Positions 19,680 to 29,900 of a DNA stretch of 64,000 bases are shown in pieces. How positions within the stretch are numbered: the first letter of the stretch is position 1; each line of letters opens with the position of its first letter. The stretch comes from an uncultured Acidobacteriota bacterium (lineage in GTDB: Bacteria > Acidobacteriota > Thermoanaerobaculia > Gp7-AA8). The stretch lies in NCBI GenBank assembly GCA_963822445.1, contig CAWGHO010000001.1, forward strand, positions 160,001-224,000, given 5' to 3'. A program made the translations under genes and the position numbers. The notes below the pieces were generated by a model, which searched no databases, was not told the DNA's origin, and saw only the letters and a program-made list of their open reading frames with translations.

Positions 19680-20663
19680 ATGAAGCGCACTCTGACGCTC
19701 ACGCTCGCAGTGTTTCTACTCGCGGCCGCCGCTTCGGCGAATGTGACCGGAAGTTGGACGGCCACGACCCAGGATGAGAAGGACGGCCGCATCCATCTCA
19801 ACATCACCCGCGGCCGGTTTCAGAACATGGGCAACACCTTCAACCTGGCCGCATTCAGCGGTCTGAGCGCGGCCCAGATCAACGCCCCTGCCCAGACTCC
19901 TGTGCAGTTCGACATGCGCCGCGAGGCCGGTCTGGTGTCGTTCGAAGGCGTCTTCCGCAACGGCGACGGCGCGGGCCACTTCACCTTCACCCCGAATCAC
20001 GGCTACGCCAACACGCTCGGCGCCATGGGCCTCGAGCTCGACCTGAACAAGCACGGCAAGGACCGCACCGACGAGGAAGACCTCTTCATCCTCGCCGTGC
20101 ACGACGTCTCGACCGAATTCATCCGCTCGATGCAGGCGGAAGGCTTCAAGCTGTCGCTCGAGAAGTACCTCTCCATGCGGATCTTCAACGTGAACACCGA
20201 TTACATCCGCGAGATGCGAGCCCTCGGCTACAAGGACATCAGCGCGGACAAGCTCATCGAAACGAAGATTCACCGCGTCACTCCCGACTACATCCGCAGG
20301 ATGCGCGCGGCGGGCTGGGACCTGCCGCTGTCCAAGCTCGTGGCCAGCCGCATTCATGGCGCGACGCCGGAGTTCGCCGAGGAGATGCGCAGGCTCGGCT
20401 ACGGGAACCTCGATCACGACGACCTGATCGCGTTCCGCATTCACGGCGTAACGGCCAAATTCATCGAAGAGATGCGCAAGCTCGGCTACGACAAGATCGA
20501 CGCCGACGACCTCGTGTCCATGCGCATCCATCGCGTGACGCCGGAGTTCGTTCGCGAGCTCGAAGCGGCCGGCTACACGAAGATTCCGGTCGACAAGCTC
20601 GTCTCGATGCGCATCCACGGCGTCGACGCGAAGTTCATCAAGAAGATGAACGACGTCGACTAA
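19680..20663 (+). CDS. Secreted protein with ~25-aa tandem repeats (L..MRIH.VTPEF..E)
   Basis: Signal peptide, AAGGAG RBS, about seven repeat units. Confidence 0.85.
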   Translation: MKRTLTLTLAVFLLAAAASANVTGSWTATTQDEKDGRIHLNITRGRFQNMGNTFNLAAFSGLSAAQINAPAQTPVQFDMRREAGLVSFEGVFRNGDGAGHFTFTPNHGYANTLGAMGLELDLNKHGKDRTDEEDLFILAVHDVSTEFIRSMQAEGFKLSLEKYLSMRIFNVNTDYIREMRALGYKDISADKLIETKIHRVTPDYIRRMRAAGWDLPLSKLVASRIHGATPEFAEEMRRLGYGNLDHDDLIAFRIHGVTAKFIEEMRKLGYDKIDADDLVSMRIHRVTPEFVRELEAAGYTKIPVDKLVSMRIHGVDAKFIKKMNDVD

Positions 20664-20668
20664 CGAAG

Positions 20669-20766
20669 TGTCATCCCGAGCGTGAGTCGAGGGACCTGTG
20701 TGGCTGGGCGGCTCAAGACGCGTGCCGCCCGGCACCCCAGGTCCCTCGACTTCGCTCGGGATGACA
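20669..20766. repeat. REP-like inverted repeat (GTCATCCCGAGC...GTCGAGGGAC type)
   Basis: TGTCATCCCGAGCGTGAGTCGAGGGACCTG ... CAGGTCCCTCGACTTCGCTCGGGATGACA between convergent genes. Confidence 0.85.
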
Positions 20767-20772
20767 TGCGAG

Positions 20773-23700
20773 CTACTTCACCTTCACGGCGGCGACATAC
20801 CGGATGTCGCCGCCGCCCTGCACCAGCCGGAACGGATGAATCTCCACCTGCCCGTTCCGCATGACCGTCACCACTCCCCGGCTCACACCCATCGGTCCCG
20901 CCGCGAAGTAGCGCACGCCGATGTGATACGTGCCCGGATCGACATTGCTCGTGCGGATCACTTCCGGCCCGAGGCCCTGGGTGATGTCTTCGTAGAGCGT
21001 GAGTCCGGACGGCGTCGAGCGGTTCTGGTAATAGCACTCCGCACCGCGTGGATCGATGACGTGCAGATCGACGTCGTTCGCATCGGTCTCCCAGGCCAAC
21101 GTAACGCGCAGCGCGTCGACGCGTAACAGATCGACGTCATGCTCGCGCGCGCGATCGGCGATCTCCGCGCGGCGCGATGGATCCTTCGCCTGCCAGGCGC
21201 GGTAGACGTAGGCGAGCTCCTCGCGGATGACCCGCTGCACGTTGCCGTACCACTGCGGGAAGGTCTGGCGCGTCGCCGACTCGAGCACGCGCGCGGCTTC
21301 TTCGACCTGTCCGTCCTGCCGGAGCATCAGCGCGAGATGCCGGTAGCCGTTCGCGCGATCCGGCCGCACTTCCAACGCCTTCCGCAGCGGCGCCTCGGCC
21401 AGTTTCGCGCGCTTCGCACGCAGCAGAAGAAGACCCGCGCGCTGCAACAGTTCCGTCTTCGCCGGAGCGACTTCGATCAGCGACGCAAACGCGCGGGCAG
21501 CTTCCGATTCCTTGCCGAGGTTGTCCGCGGCCATGCCGAGGACTTCGTAGACCTGCGGGTTTTCCGGGTCGTACGGCTGCCAGCGGAGCGCGACCGAACG
21601 CAGCGACGACCATTCGTTGTGCGCCGCGAGCGCCTCGCTGAGCTGGTTGTACAGCTCGCGATTCTGCGGCTCCGCTTTCAGCTTCGCCTCGAGCTCCGCG
21701 ATGACGGATCTCGACGGAATCTCGCGGCGCGTCCAATCGCGACGCTCGCGCTTCTCTTCGCGCGGCGGCGGAGGGGTCGGGCGCGGGGGTGGTGGAGGCG
21801 GTGGCGGCATCACGGACGGTGCGGCGATGCGCGGGGCTTCGGCAGCCATGGTGATAGTTTCCGAGACTGCACCGACCCGCATCGCATCGGCTTCCACTCC
21901 CGCTTCCTGAACCGAGTCCTGCACGAAGTCCACCGGCGGAGGAACCGCCGCCGGCTCCGGAACTGGCACAGGCACGGGCGCGGTCGAGGACTTCTGCCGC
22001 TCCATCGGAACAGGCATGGGACGCGGCGGACGCGGTGCACGCGGCATCGGAATCGGCTGCATGGGAGTCCGGTCCAGCCGTCCGATACCTCCCGCATCGA
22101 CGGTGAGAATCGCCGCGAGCGCACGCCGGTCGATTCCGAAACGCTGGTAATCCCACTCGCTCTCCAGCACAAGCATCGTGGTCCGCGGAATGACCACACG
22201 CTGCTCGATGCTGATCCGGACCTGCTCGGTCGCCAGCGCCTTCCGCACCGCTTCCGACGGCTCACTGGCTTCGCGCTCGGCCAGATACTCGAGATACGCG
22301 CGATAGGCCTCGCGTTCGAGCAGCGGCGCGAACGTCGATGCGGCGAGACGCGCCGTTGTGCGCGCGCCGGCGACCTCCGGCTCCCGTCCCGCTTTGACTT
22401 TGCCGAGGACGAAGATCTCTTCGCCGTTGCCGACGTCGTCGAAGTGCGTCGGATAGAGCCACTCGGCGGAAGGATCGGTCACGTCGACCGAGCCACCGAG
22501 CGGACGGCGGAGCTCAGCCGCGGCCGCGCGCGCGGCGCCATCGATCGCATCGGTGAACGGAACGCGGATCACCCGACCCCGCCCCGCGGTCAGCTTCTTC
22601 GCCACGGCGCCGTCTTCCCGGCTGCCGAGGACGAGCGCGTGCACGATGCCGCGGCCGGCGATCGATTCAATCTTCGTGTCGCCGAGGGTCGGGACGAGGT
22701 CGCTGGCGATGACGATGGCTCGCGAGGGGTCGTCACGAAGCGCGCGATTCGCATCGGCCACGACCGCGGAGAGGTCCGTGCCGCCGAGGAAGAGGCGGGT
22801 GCGGAGCAGGTCGCCGGCGCGGCGGGACATCTCCGCGGCCGTGCCCGAAGCGAGCGGCACAACCTCGTTGTCGAAGGCCACGAGCTGCACAGAATCCTGT
22901 GCAGGCAGTGCCGCCAGGGTCTTCTCGATGCCGCGGATCCGGTGAATCGCGCCTTCGGCCGAAGAGGCGGACGTGTCGACGTAGAAGCGGTAGGCGGTAG
23001 GCGGCAGGCGGTTCGCGGTGGAAACCGTGGGGCGGAGTGAGGCCAGGTAAAAGTCGCCGGCGCGAAGAATCTGGGGGCCGTCGGTTGCGCGCGAGGTCAG
23101 GACGATGTCGCGATCGGGAGTCCAGTCGCGCTCGTCGAACGACGTCACTTCCGCGCTGCTGGTGGTGAGCTTGCCGCGGGTCTCTTCACCCGGCAGCGGT
23201 GTGACGAATCCGCGGAACGTCAACTTGTTGACCTTGGGCAGACCGCGCAGCGGCAGGGCGTAGGTGCGGACGCCATCGCGGGCCGGCAGCAGTTGCGTAT
23301 ACGAAAGCACCAGGTGCACCGGCGCGTTGGCCTCGATCGGGAAAATGCGCGCCGAAAAGCGGTTCCCCTGATCCTGCTCGAGCAGCGCCGGATCGCGCAT
23401 CTGATGCAGGAACTGCTCGTAAACCTGATTGGCGCGAAGGCGCTCGACCACCTCCCCTTCCATCAGGTGCCCGTTCACGTCCTTGGCGAACCGGCTGATG
23501 GCGGCGTTCGGCGGCAGGGTGCAGGTGAAGCGGCCTTCGATCCGCCGCGCCTGCGGATTCCGGAATCGGAACTCCAGCTCCGTCAGCGAGAGCATCCCGT
23601 GGATGGCCACCCGGGCCGAGACTTCCTCGAGGATCAGCTCCTGCCCGTCGGGGTCGGCGAAGGTCACCGGCGGAGTGGCGGGCTGCTCGGAGACGGTGGG

Positions 23701-23808
23701 AGTCGCGGCGGGCGTCGTGGCCTGAACGGCGGCCAGAGTCACGGCTGGATTCGCTCGAACCGTACCGAGCAGGAAGTGGACGATCAGCGCGAGCAGTAAG
23801 GAACTCAT
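20773..23808 (-). CDS. Secreted VIT + vWA-like + TPR + YfaP/DUF2135 protein
   Basis: ELEFRFRNP...EGRF (VIT), VDTSAS and GGTD (vWA), Pro-rich linker, TPR-like helices, LAWETDANDVDLHVIDP and DITQGLGPE. Confidence 0.82.
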   Translation of the reverse strand: MSSLLLALIVHFLLGTVRANPAVTLAAVQATTPAATPTVSEQPATPPVTFADPDGQELILEEVSARVAIHGMLSLTELEFRFRNPQARRIEGRFTCTLPPNAAISRFAKDVNGHLMEGEVVERLRANQVYEQFLHQMRDPALLEQDQGNRFSARIFPIEANAPVHLVLSYTQLLPARDGVRTYALPLRGLPKVNKLTFRGFVTPLPGEETRGKLTTSSAEVTSFDERDWTPDRDIVLTSRATDGPQILRAGDFYLASLRPTVSTANRLPPTAYRFYVDTSASSAEGAIHRIRGIEKTLAALPAQDSVQLVAFDNEVVPLASGTAAEMSRRAGDLLRTRLFLGGTDLSAVVADANRALRDDPSRAIVIASDLVPTLGDTKIESIAGRGIVHALVLGSREDGAVAKKLTAGRGRVIRVPFTDAIDGAARAAAAELRRPLGGSVDVTDPSAEWLYPTHFDDVGNGEEIFVLGKVKAGREPEVAGARTTARLAASTFAPLLEREAYRAYLEYLAEREASEPSEAVRKALATEQVRISIEQRVVIPRTTMLVLESEWDYQRFGIDRRALAAILTVDAGGIGRLDRTPMQPIPMPRAPRPPRPMPVPMERQKSSTAPVPVPVPEPAAVPPPVDFVQDSVQEAGVEADAMRVGAVSETITMAAEAPRIAAPSVMPPPPPPPPRPTPPPPREEKRERRDWTRREIPSRSVIAELEAKLKAEPQNRELYNQLSEALAAHNEWSSLRSVALRWQPYDPENPQVYEVLGMAADNLGKESEAARAFASLIEVAPAKTELLQRAGLLLLRAKRAKLAEAPLRKALEVRPDRANGYRHLALMLRQDGQVEEAARVLESATRQTFPQWYGNVQRVIREELAYVYRAWQAKDPSRRAEIADRAREHDVDLLRVDALRVTLAWETDANDVDLHVIDPRGAECYYQNRSTPSGLTLYEDITQGLGPEVIRTSNVDPGTYHIGVRYFAAGPMGVSRGVVTVMRNGQVEIHPFRLVQGGGDIRYVAAVKVK

Positions 23809-23936
23809 GCCGCTTAGACGGCGCTGGTGGCCCGGAGGAAACCCGCGTGGGCTGCATCACAGCCTGTCCGGAGGAATCCAATAACAATAACCGCCGTTCC
23901 GGTCCCTGGTTCACCCACAAGAAAGGTCCAACCCTG

Positions 23937-26900
23937 ATGCGCTTTCGCACACTCGGTGTTTTCGCCGTAGCCCTGCTCGTCCTTTCCGCGCCATCCGCCA
24001 TGGCCACCGACTACTACGCGGACGTGTCGGGCGGATCGTGGACCTCGAACACGACCTGGCATCTGGTCTCGAACTCCGGGCCTGTCGCACCGGCGGGCAC
24101 GTATCCAGGCTCGGCTACGGGTGACAAGGCCATCATCGATTTCCAGGGGATCGCCGTCACGTTGTCAGCGGCCGTTCCGAACGCGGTCACGATCGACTTC
24201 AACAACGTCTCCTGCTCGCTCACAGTGACCACCGGCGGATCGGTGGCGCTCACCGGCGCCTCGCAGATCGCCGGCGGCACGATTCTCAGTCTCACCGGCG
24301 GCACGGTGGACAACGGCGGCACGCTGACCATCGGCTCGACCTCGGCCATCAACTGGTCGACCGGCACGATCACCGGCGCGGGCACGACCATCATCAGCGC
24401 CGGCGCCGACCTCAACGCGACCGGCAGCTCGATGATCGTCACCGGGGGCCAGACCATCAACGTGTTCGACACGCTGACCTACGGCGCATCGGCGAGCGGC
24501 CTCGCCGTCAACAGCGGTGCGAAGATCGTCGTGCAGAGCGGCGGCCTCTTCGACGTCCAGAACGCCAACGGCATCGCCGGCGACAACCTCGGCGGCGCCA
24601 ACATCACCGTCAATTCCGGCGGCACCTTCCTCAAGTCCAACGGCAACTTCGGCACGAACATCAGCCCGACCTTCAACAACAACGGCACGGTCCAGGTCAA
24701 CATCTCCTCGATGGGATTTGCGCGCGGCACCCACACCGGCGCGTTCATCATGAACGGGCCGACGACGGGGCTCGGGTTTGCCTTCGGCGGGACGCACACC
24801 TTCAGCGGCGCGACGGGCTCCATCAGCGGTACGGGTTCGGCCTTCTTCGGCGGCCCGACCGTGATCTCTGCCGGCGCGGACCTCGACATCTCGAACCTGA
24901 GCAACGACAGCTTCTCGTCGATTTCCGGCAACGGCACGGTCAATCTCACGGGCACGTTCACCTGGAACGCGAGCTCGATCAGCGGCATCACCTTCAACGC
25001 GCTCGGCGGCTCGACGGTCAACCTCACCGGCGCCGGCAACACCTCGATCGCGAGCGCTGCGCATTTCAACAACGCCGGCACGATGACCATCAACCCGGGC
25101 GCCACCTTCTCCATCGTCAGCGACGCTCACCTGACCAACAACGGCACGATCAACATCGCCGGCGACCTGACCATCAACTCCGACGGCGCGCCGCTGGCGC
25201 GCATCGACAACCTGGCCACGCGCAGCATCAACAAGACCGCCGGCGCGGGCGCGGCCTACATCGCCGTCAAGCTCAATAACGCCGGCAGCGTCTCCGCGCT
25301 GTCGGGCCTCCTCAAGCTCCAGCAGGGCGGCACGCACAGCGGCTCATGGGGTCTCGGCACCAGCGCCGCGCTCGTCTTCGACGGCGGCACCCACCAGTTC
25401 ACCGGCGGCAGCTTCAGCGGCAGCACCGGCACGGTCGGACTCAACGCCGGCGTCATGGACGTCGACGCCAACATCACTCTCGCTTCGGGCATCGCCTTCC
25501 AGCAGAGCGGCGGCGTCCTCACCGGCGCGGGCAACTTCACCGCCGGCGGAGCGTTCCTCTGGACCGGCGGCACGATGAGCAACGTCTCCGGCAACGGCCA
25601 GACCATCCTCACCGGCACGAGCTCGCAGATCGCCGGCACGACCAGCACGATTGTTCTCTCCGGACGCACCATCTCCAACACCGGCACGTTCACGTACAAC
25701 CCGACGACCGGGATCGAGCTGTCGATCGATGACGGCGGGCTCTTTCTCAATACCGGCACGTTCAACTGGGTCGGCGATGCGGAAATCGACTCCAACCAGG
25801 CCAGTACTCCCCGCTTCACCAACGGCGGCGTGATCAACAAGAGCACCGGTACGGGCGTGGCCAACATCTACGCGGTCTTCAGGAACAACCAGACCCTCAA
25901 CCTGACCAGCGGCAGCATGGCCTTGCACGGTGGGGGCGACACGCTCGGCACAATCACCTTTATCAACGCCGCCAACAGGATGATCATCGCCAACGGATCC
26001 TTCTCGACGACGCAGCCGACCCTCACCGGCGGCGGCGTGATCGCTGTCGACGGGCCGTTCGCGACGCTCGGCCTGACCGGGACGGTGACCATTCCCCAGA
26101 TGGAGATTCTGAACGGCGGCACCGTCGCCGGCGGGACGCTCACCATCGGCACGTCACTGATCTGGCGCAACGGCACGATGCTCGGCGGCGTCACCAACAT
26201 CAACGTTGGTGCAAACCTCATTGCGACTTCGCTCAACGGCGCGCTCACGCTCGATACGCACAGCCTCACCAACAACGGCACGTTCACCTGGGACGGCTCG
26301 AACACTCTCCAACTGATCAACGGCTCGTCGCTGATCAACAACGGCACCTTTAACGCGACCGGCAACGGCACCATCGGCGGGACGGCCCCGGCGAACGCCA
26401 TCACGAACAACGGCACGTTCGAGAAAACGGGCGGCACGTCAGGCACGCGCATCGATCCGGTGTTCGGCAACAGCGGCCAGCTCAGCTCCGAAGTGCCGGG
26501 CCAATCGCTGATCATCGCCGGAGGCGGCTCGCAGACCGGCGGAGGGTCGCTGGTGACCGTCACCGGTGCGCTGATCGATTTCTTCGCCGGCACCTTCACC
26601 GTTCCGCCCGGAACCTCCCCGTTCATGGGCAGCGGCATCTTCCGCGTCAACGGCGGCACGCTGTCGATCACGGGCAGCCTGAACATCCCCGCCCCCGCCA
26701 CGCTGGTCGTCGACAGCGGCGCGCTCAACGTCGCGGTCTCCTCGACCTTTCAGATCTTCGGCGGCCTGACCTGGAACGGCGGCACGCTGCAGGGCGACGG
26801 CACGACCCGCACGTTCGGCGGCTCGATCGGCAACACCGCCGCAAAGACGCTCAACAACAATCACACCCTGACCGTTGCCGGGGGCACGTTCAACTACACC

Positions 26901-29900
26901 GCGACAAGCCCGAACCTGCTGACGATCGGCGGCACAGCGAACTTCAACATCGAGAACAGCGCCACGGTGGTGATGGCCGCCAACTCGGCGATCACCGGCA
27001 CGTCGACTGACGGTCTGACCATCAGTTTCGGCGCGACGCTCGACACGTCCGCGGGCACGAGCACGGTCAGCAACGGCACGATGTCGGGCGGCACCATCGC
27101 CACCGGCGCAAGTGGACGTCTCGATTTCGGCAGCGGCGCCTTCGCGATCAACGCGGGCAGCGTGACCGGAACCGGAACGATCGGCGTCATCGGCGCGACC
27201 CTCACGGTCAATGCCACCATCACCTTCCCGAATCTCATCCAGAGCGGCGGCACACTCACGGGCACCGGCGCACTCACCGTCAACGGCGGCACGTGGACGG
27301 GCGGCACGATGACGGGCACCGGCAGCACGACGGTCGGCACCGGCGCGTCGTTCGGCATCGCGGCCGGCTCCGGGAAGACGCTCGCTCGCAACCTGAGCAA
27401 CAACGGCACGGTGGGGATGACCGATGGCTTCGCCCTCAGCGGCACAGCCATTGCCGCGAACGGCGGAACAGGCACCTGGAACGACACCGCGGCCGCGGTC
27501 ATGACCTGCGCCGCCTGCACGGGCAAGTTCCACAACCTCGGCTCGTACAACAAGAGCGGCACCCTCACCAGCCACTCGGTCCGTTTCGACAACGACGGGA
27601 CACTGACGATCGGCGTCGGCGCGCCCGGTCTTCGCTTCCTCGCCGGCGGCACGCACAACGGCGACTTCATCACCAATACAGGCAGCGTGGACTTCGGCGG
27701 CACCCAGACCTTCAACGCGACCTCGGACACCACTGGTGGCGGGTTCGTAAGCTACCTCGACAACACCGTTCATCAGGGAACGCTCGTAATCAGCAGCACC
27801 GCTCCAACCAGCGGTGTTTCGCTCAACAACGGGTCCAATGTCACATTCAACACGGCGTCGGCCGTTCAGACGCCGCGAATCATCATCACCGGTGATCTCG
27901 ATGGAACGTCTGCTGTCACGCTCACCGGGCCAACCACCAGCATCTGGCAGGGCGGCACGATCGGCGGCACCGGTCCATTCACGATCGGCAGCGGCGCGAC
28001 GCTGTCCGTCGAGTCCGCCACCGGAATTCTCGACGGCCGCACAATCACCAACAACGGCACGCTTTCGGTCACCCGCAGTATTGCCGCTGGTCTTGGCGGC
28101 GGATCAATCATCAATACGAGCGGATTCCGCGCTCAGCCGACCGCCAACATCACCATCGGCCCTGCCTTCACCAATCAGGGGCTGGCCCAGTTCCAGGCAT
28201 TCGATACGGCCTTCAACGGCGGCTACACCCAGACCGCGGGTTCCACGCAGCTCATCGGCGGCACGTTCTCCTCGCCGCTCACCGTCAACATCGACGGCGG
28301 CACGGTCACCGGCAACGGCACCATCTCCGCCAACGTCAGCAACGACGGCACGTTCGCGCCGGGTGCCTCCGCCGGCACGATCACCATCGCCGGCAACTTC
28401 ACCCAGTCCAACACCGGCGTGATCAACAGCGAGATCGGCGGCACGGCGCCGGGAACCGGCTACGACCAGCTCGTCGTTACCGGTGCGGCAACGCTCGACG
28501 GCACGATGAACGTCACGTTCATCAACGCGTTCACCCCGGCCGACGCCAACGTCTTCGATCTCGTCACCTGGGCCTCGCACACCGGCGCGTTCGCGACGGT
28601 GAACCTGCCGCCGTTCCCTCCCGGCACGCTGATCCCGACGTACGAGACCAACGCCTTCCGCATCACCGCCGACGCCGTCGGTGACCTCGGCATCACCAAG
28701 ACCGGCCCGGCCAACGCCACGGTCGGACAGAACATCTCCTACTCGATCGTCGTGAACAACGGCGGGCCGTCTGCGGCCGACAACGTGATCGTCAGCGATC
28801 CGACGCCGGCCAACATGACCTGGGTCTCGAACAGCGGCGATTGCACGACCGCCTTCCCCTGCTCGCTCGGAACCGTGGCCGCGGGGGCGACGAAGACCAT
28901 CACCGCGATCTTCACCGTCACCGGCGGCGCGGGAACGAACATCACCAACACCGCCACGGTCTCCACGACCTCCACCGACAACGTCACCGCGAACAACACC
29001 GCCAGCTCGACGGCCTTCGTCGATCTCGCCGACGTGTCCATCACCAAGACCGGTCCGGCCAGCGCGGCCTTCGGCCAGAACGTCTCCTTCACCATCACCG
29101 TCACCAGCAACGGACCTTCGCCGGCGAGCAATGTGATCGTCAGCGATCCCACGCCGGCCAACATGACCTGGGTCTCAAACAGCGGCAATTGCACGACCGC
29201 CTTCCCCTGCTCGCTGGGCACGCTCAACTCCGGCGTCACCAAGACCATCACCGCGACCTACACCATCACCGGCGGCGCGGGCACCAACATCACCAACACC
29301 GCCACTGTCTCGACGTCGACGCCGGAAAGCACGACCGCGAACAACAGCGGCAGCGCGACGGTCTTCGTCGACCTCGCCGACCTGGCGATCACCAAGACCG
29401 GTCCGGCCACGGCCCAGGCAGGCGGCGACATCTCCTTCACCATCACCGTTGCCAACGGCGGTCAGTCCGCCGCCAACAACGTCGTCGTCAACGACCCGAC
29501 CCCGGCCGGACTGAACTTCCTGTCGAACAGCGGCGACTGCACCACGGCCTTCCCCTGCTCGCTGGGCAGCGTTCCCAGCGGCGCGACGAAGACCATCATC
29601 GCCACCTACTCGGTCGCCGCCGACAGGTCGGGTACGACCATCACCAACACCGCCACGGTCACCACGACCACCACCGACGACACCTCCAACAACAGCGCGA
29701 GCGCCACGGTCGCCATCGACTGCCTCAACTCCACGCCGACGAATCTCACCGCAACCGTCGGTGCGGGCGGCGACGGAACGCTCTCATGGCGCGGTACCGG
29801 CGAGTCGTACATCGTCTTCCTCGGACCGCAAGGCTCGGGCTGCAGCACGCAGTTCGCTACGACCGCGTCGCGCTCGGTTTCGTTCTCCGACCTCGCGCCG

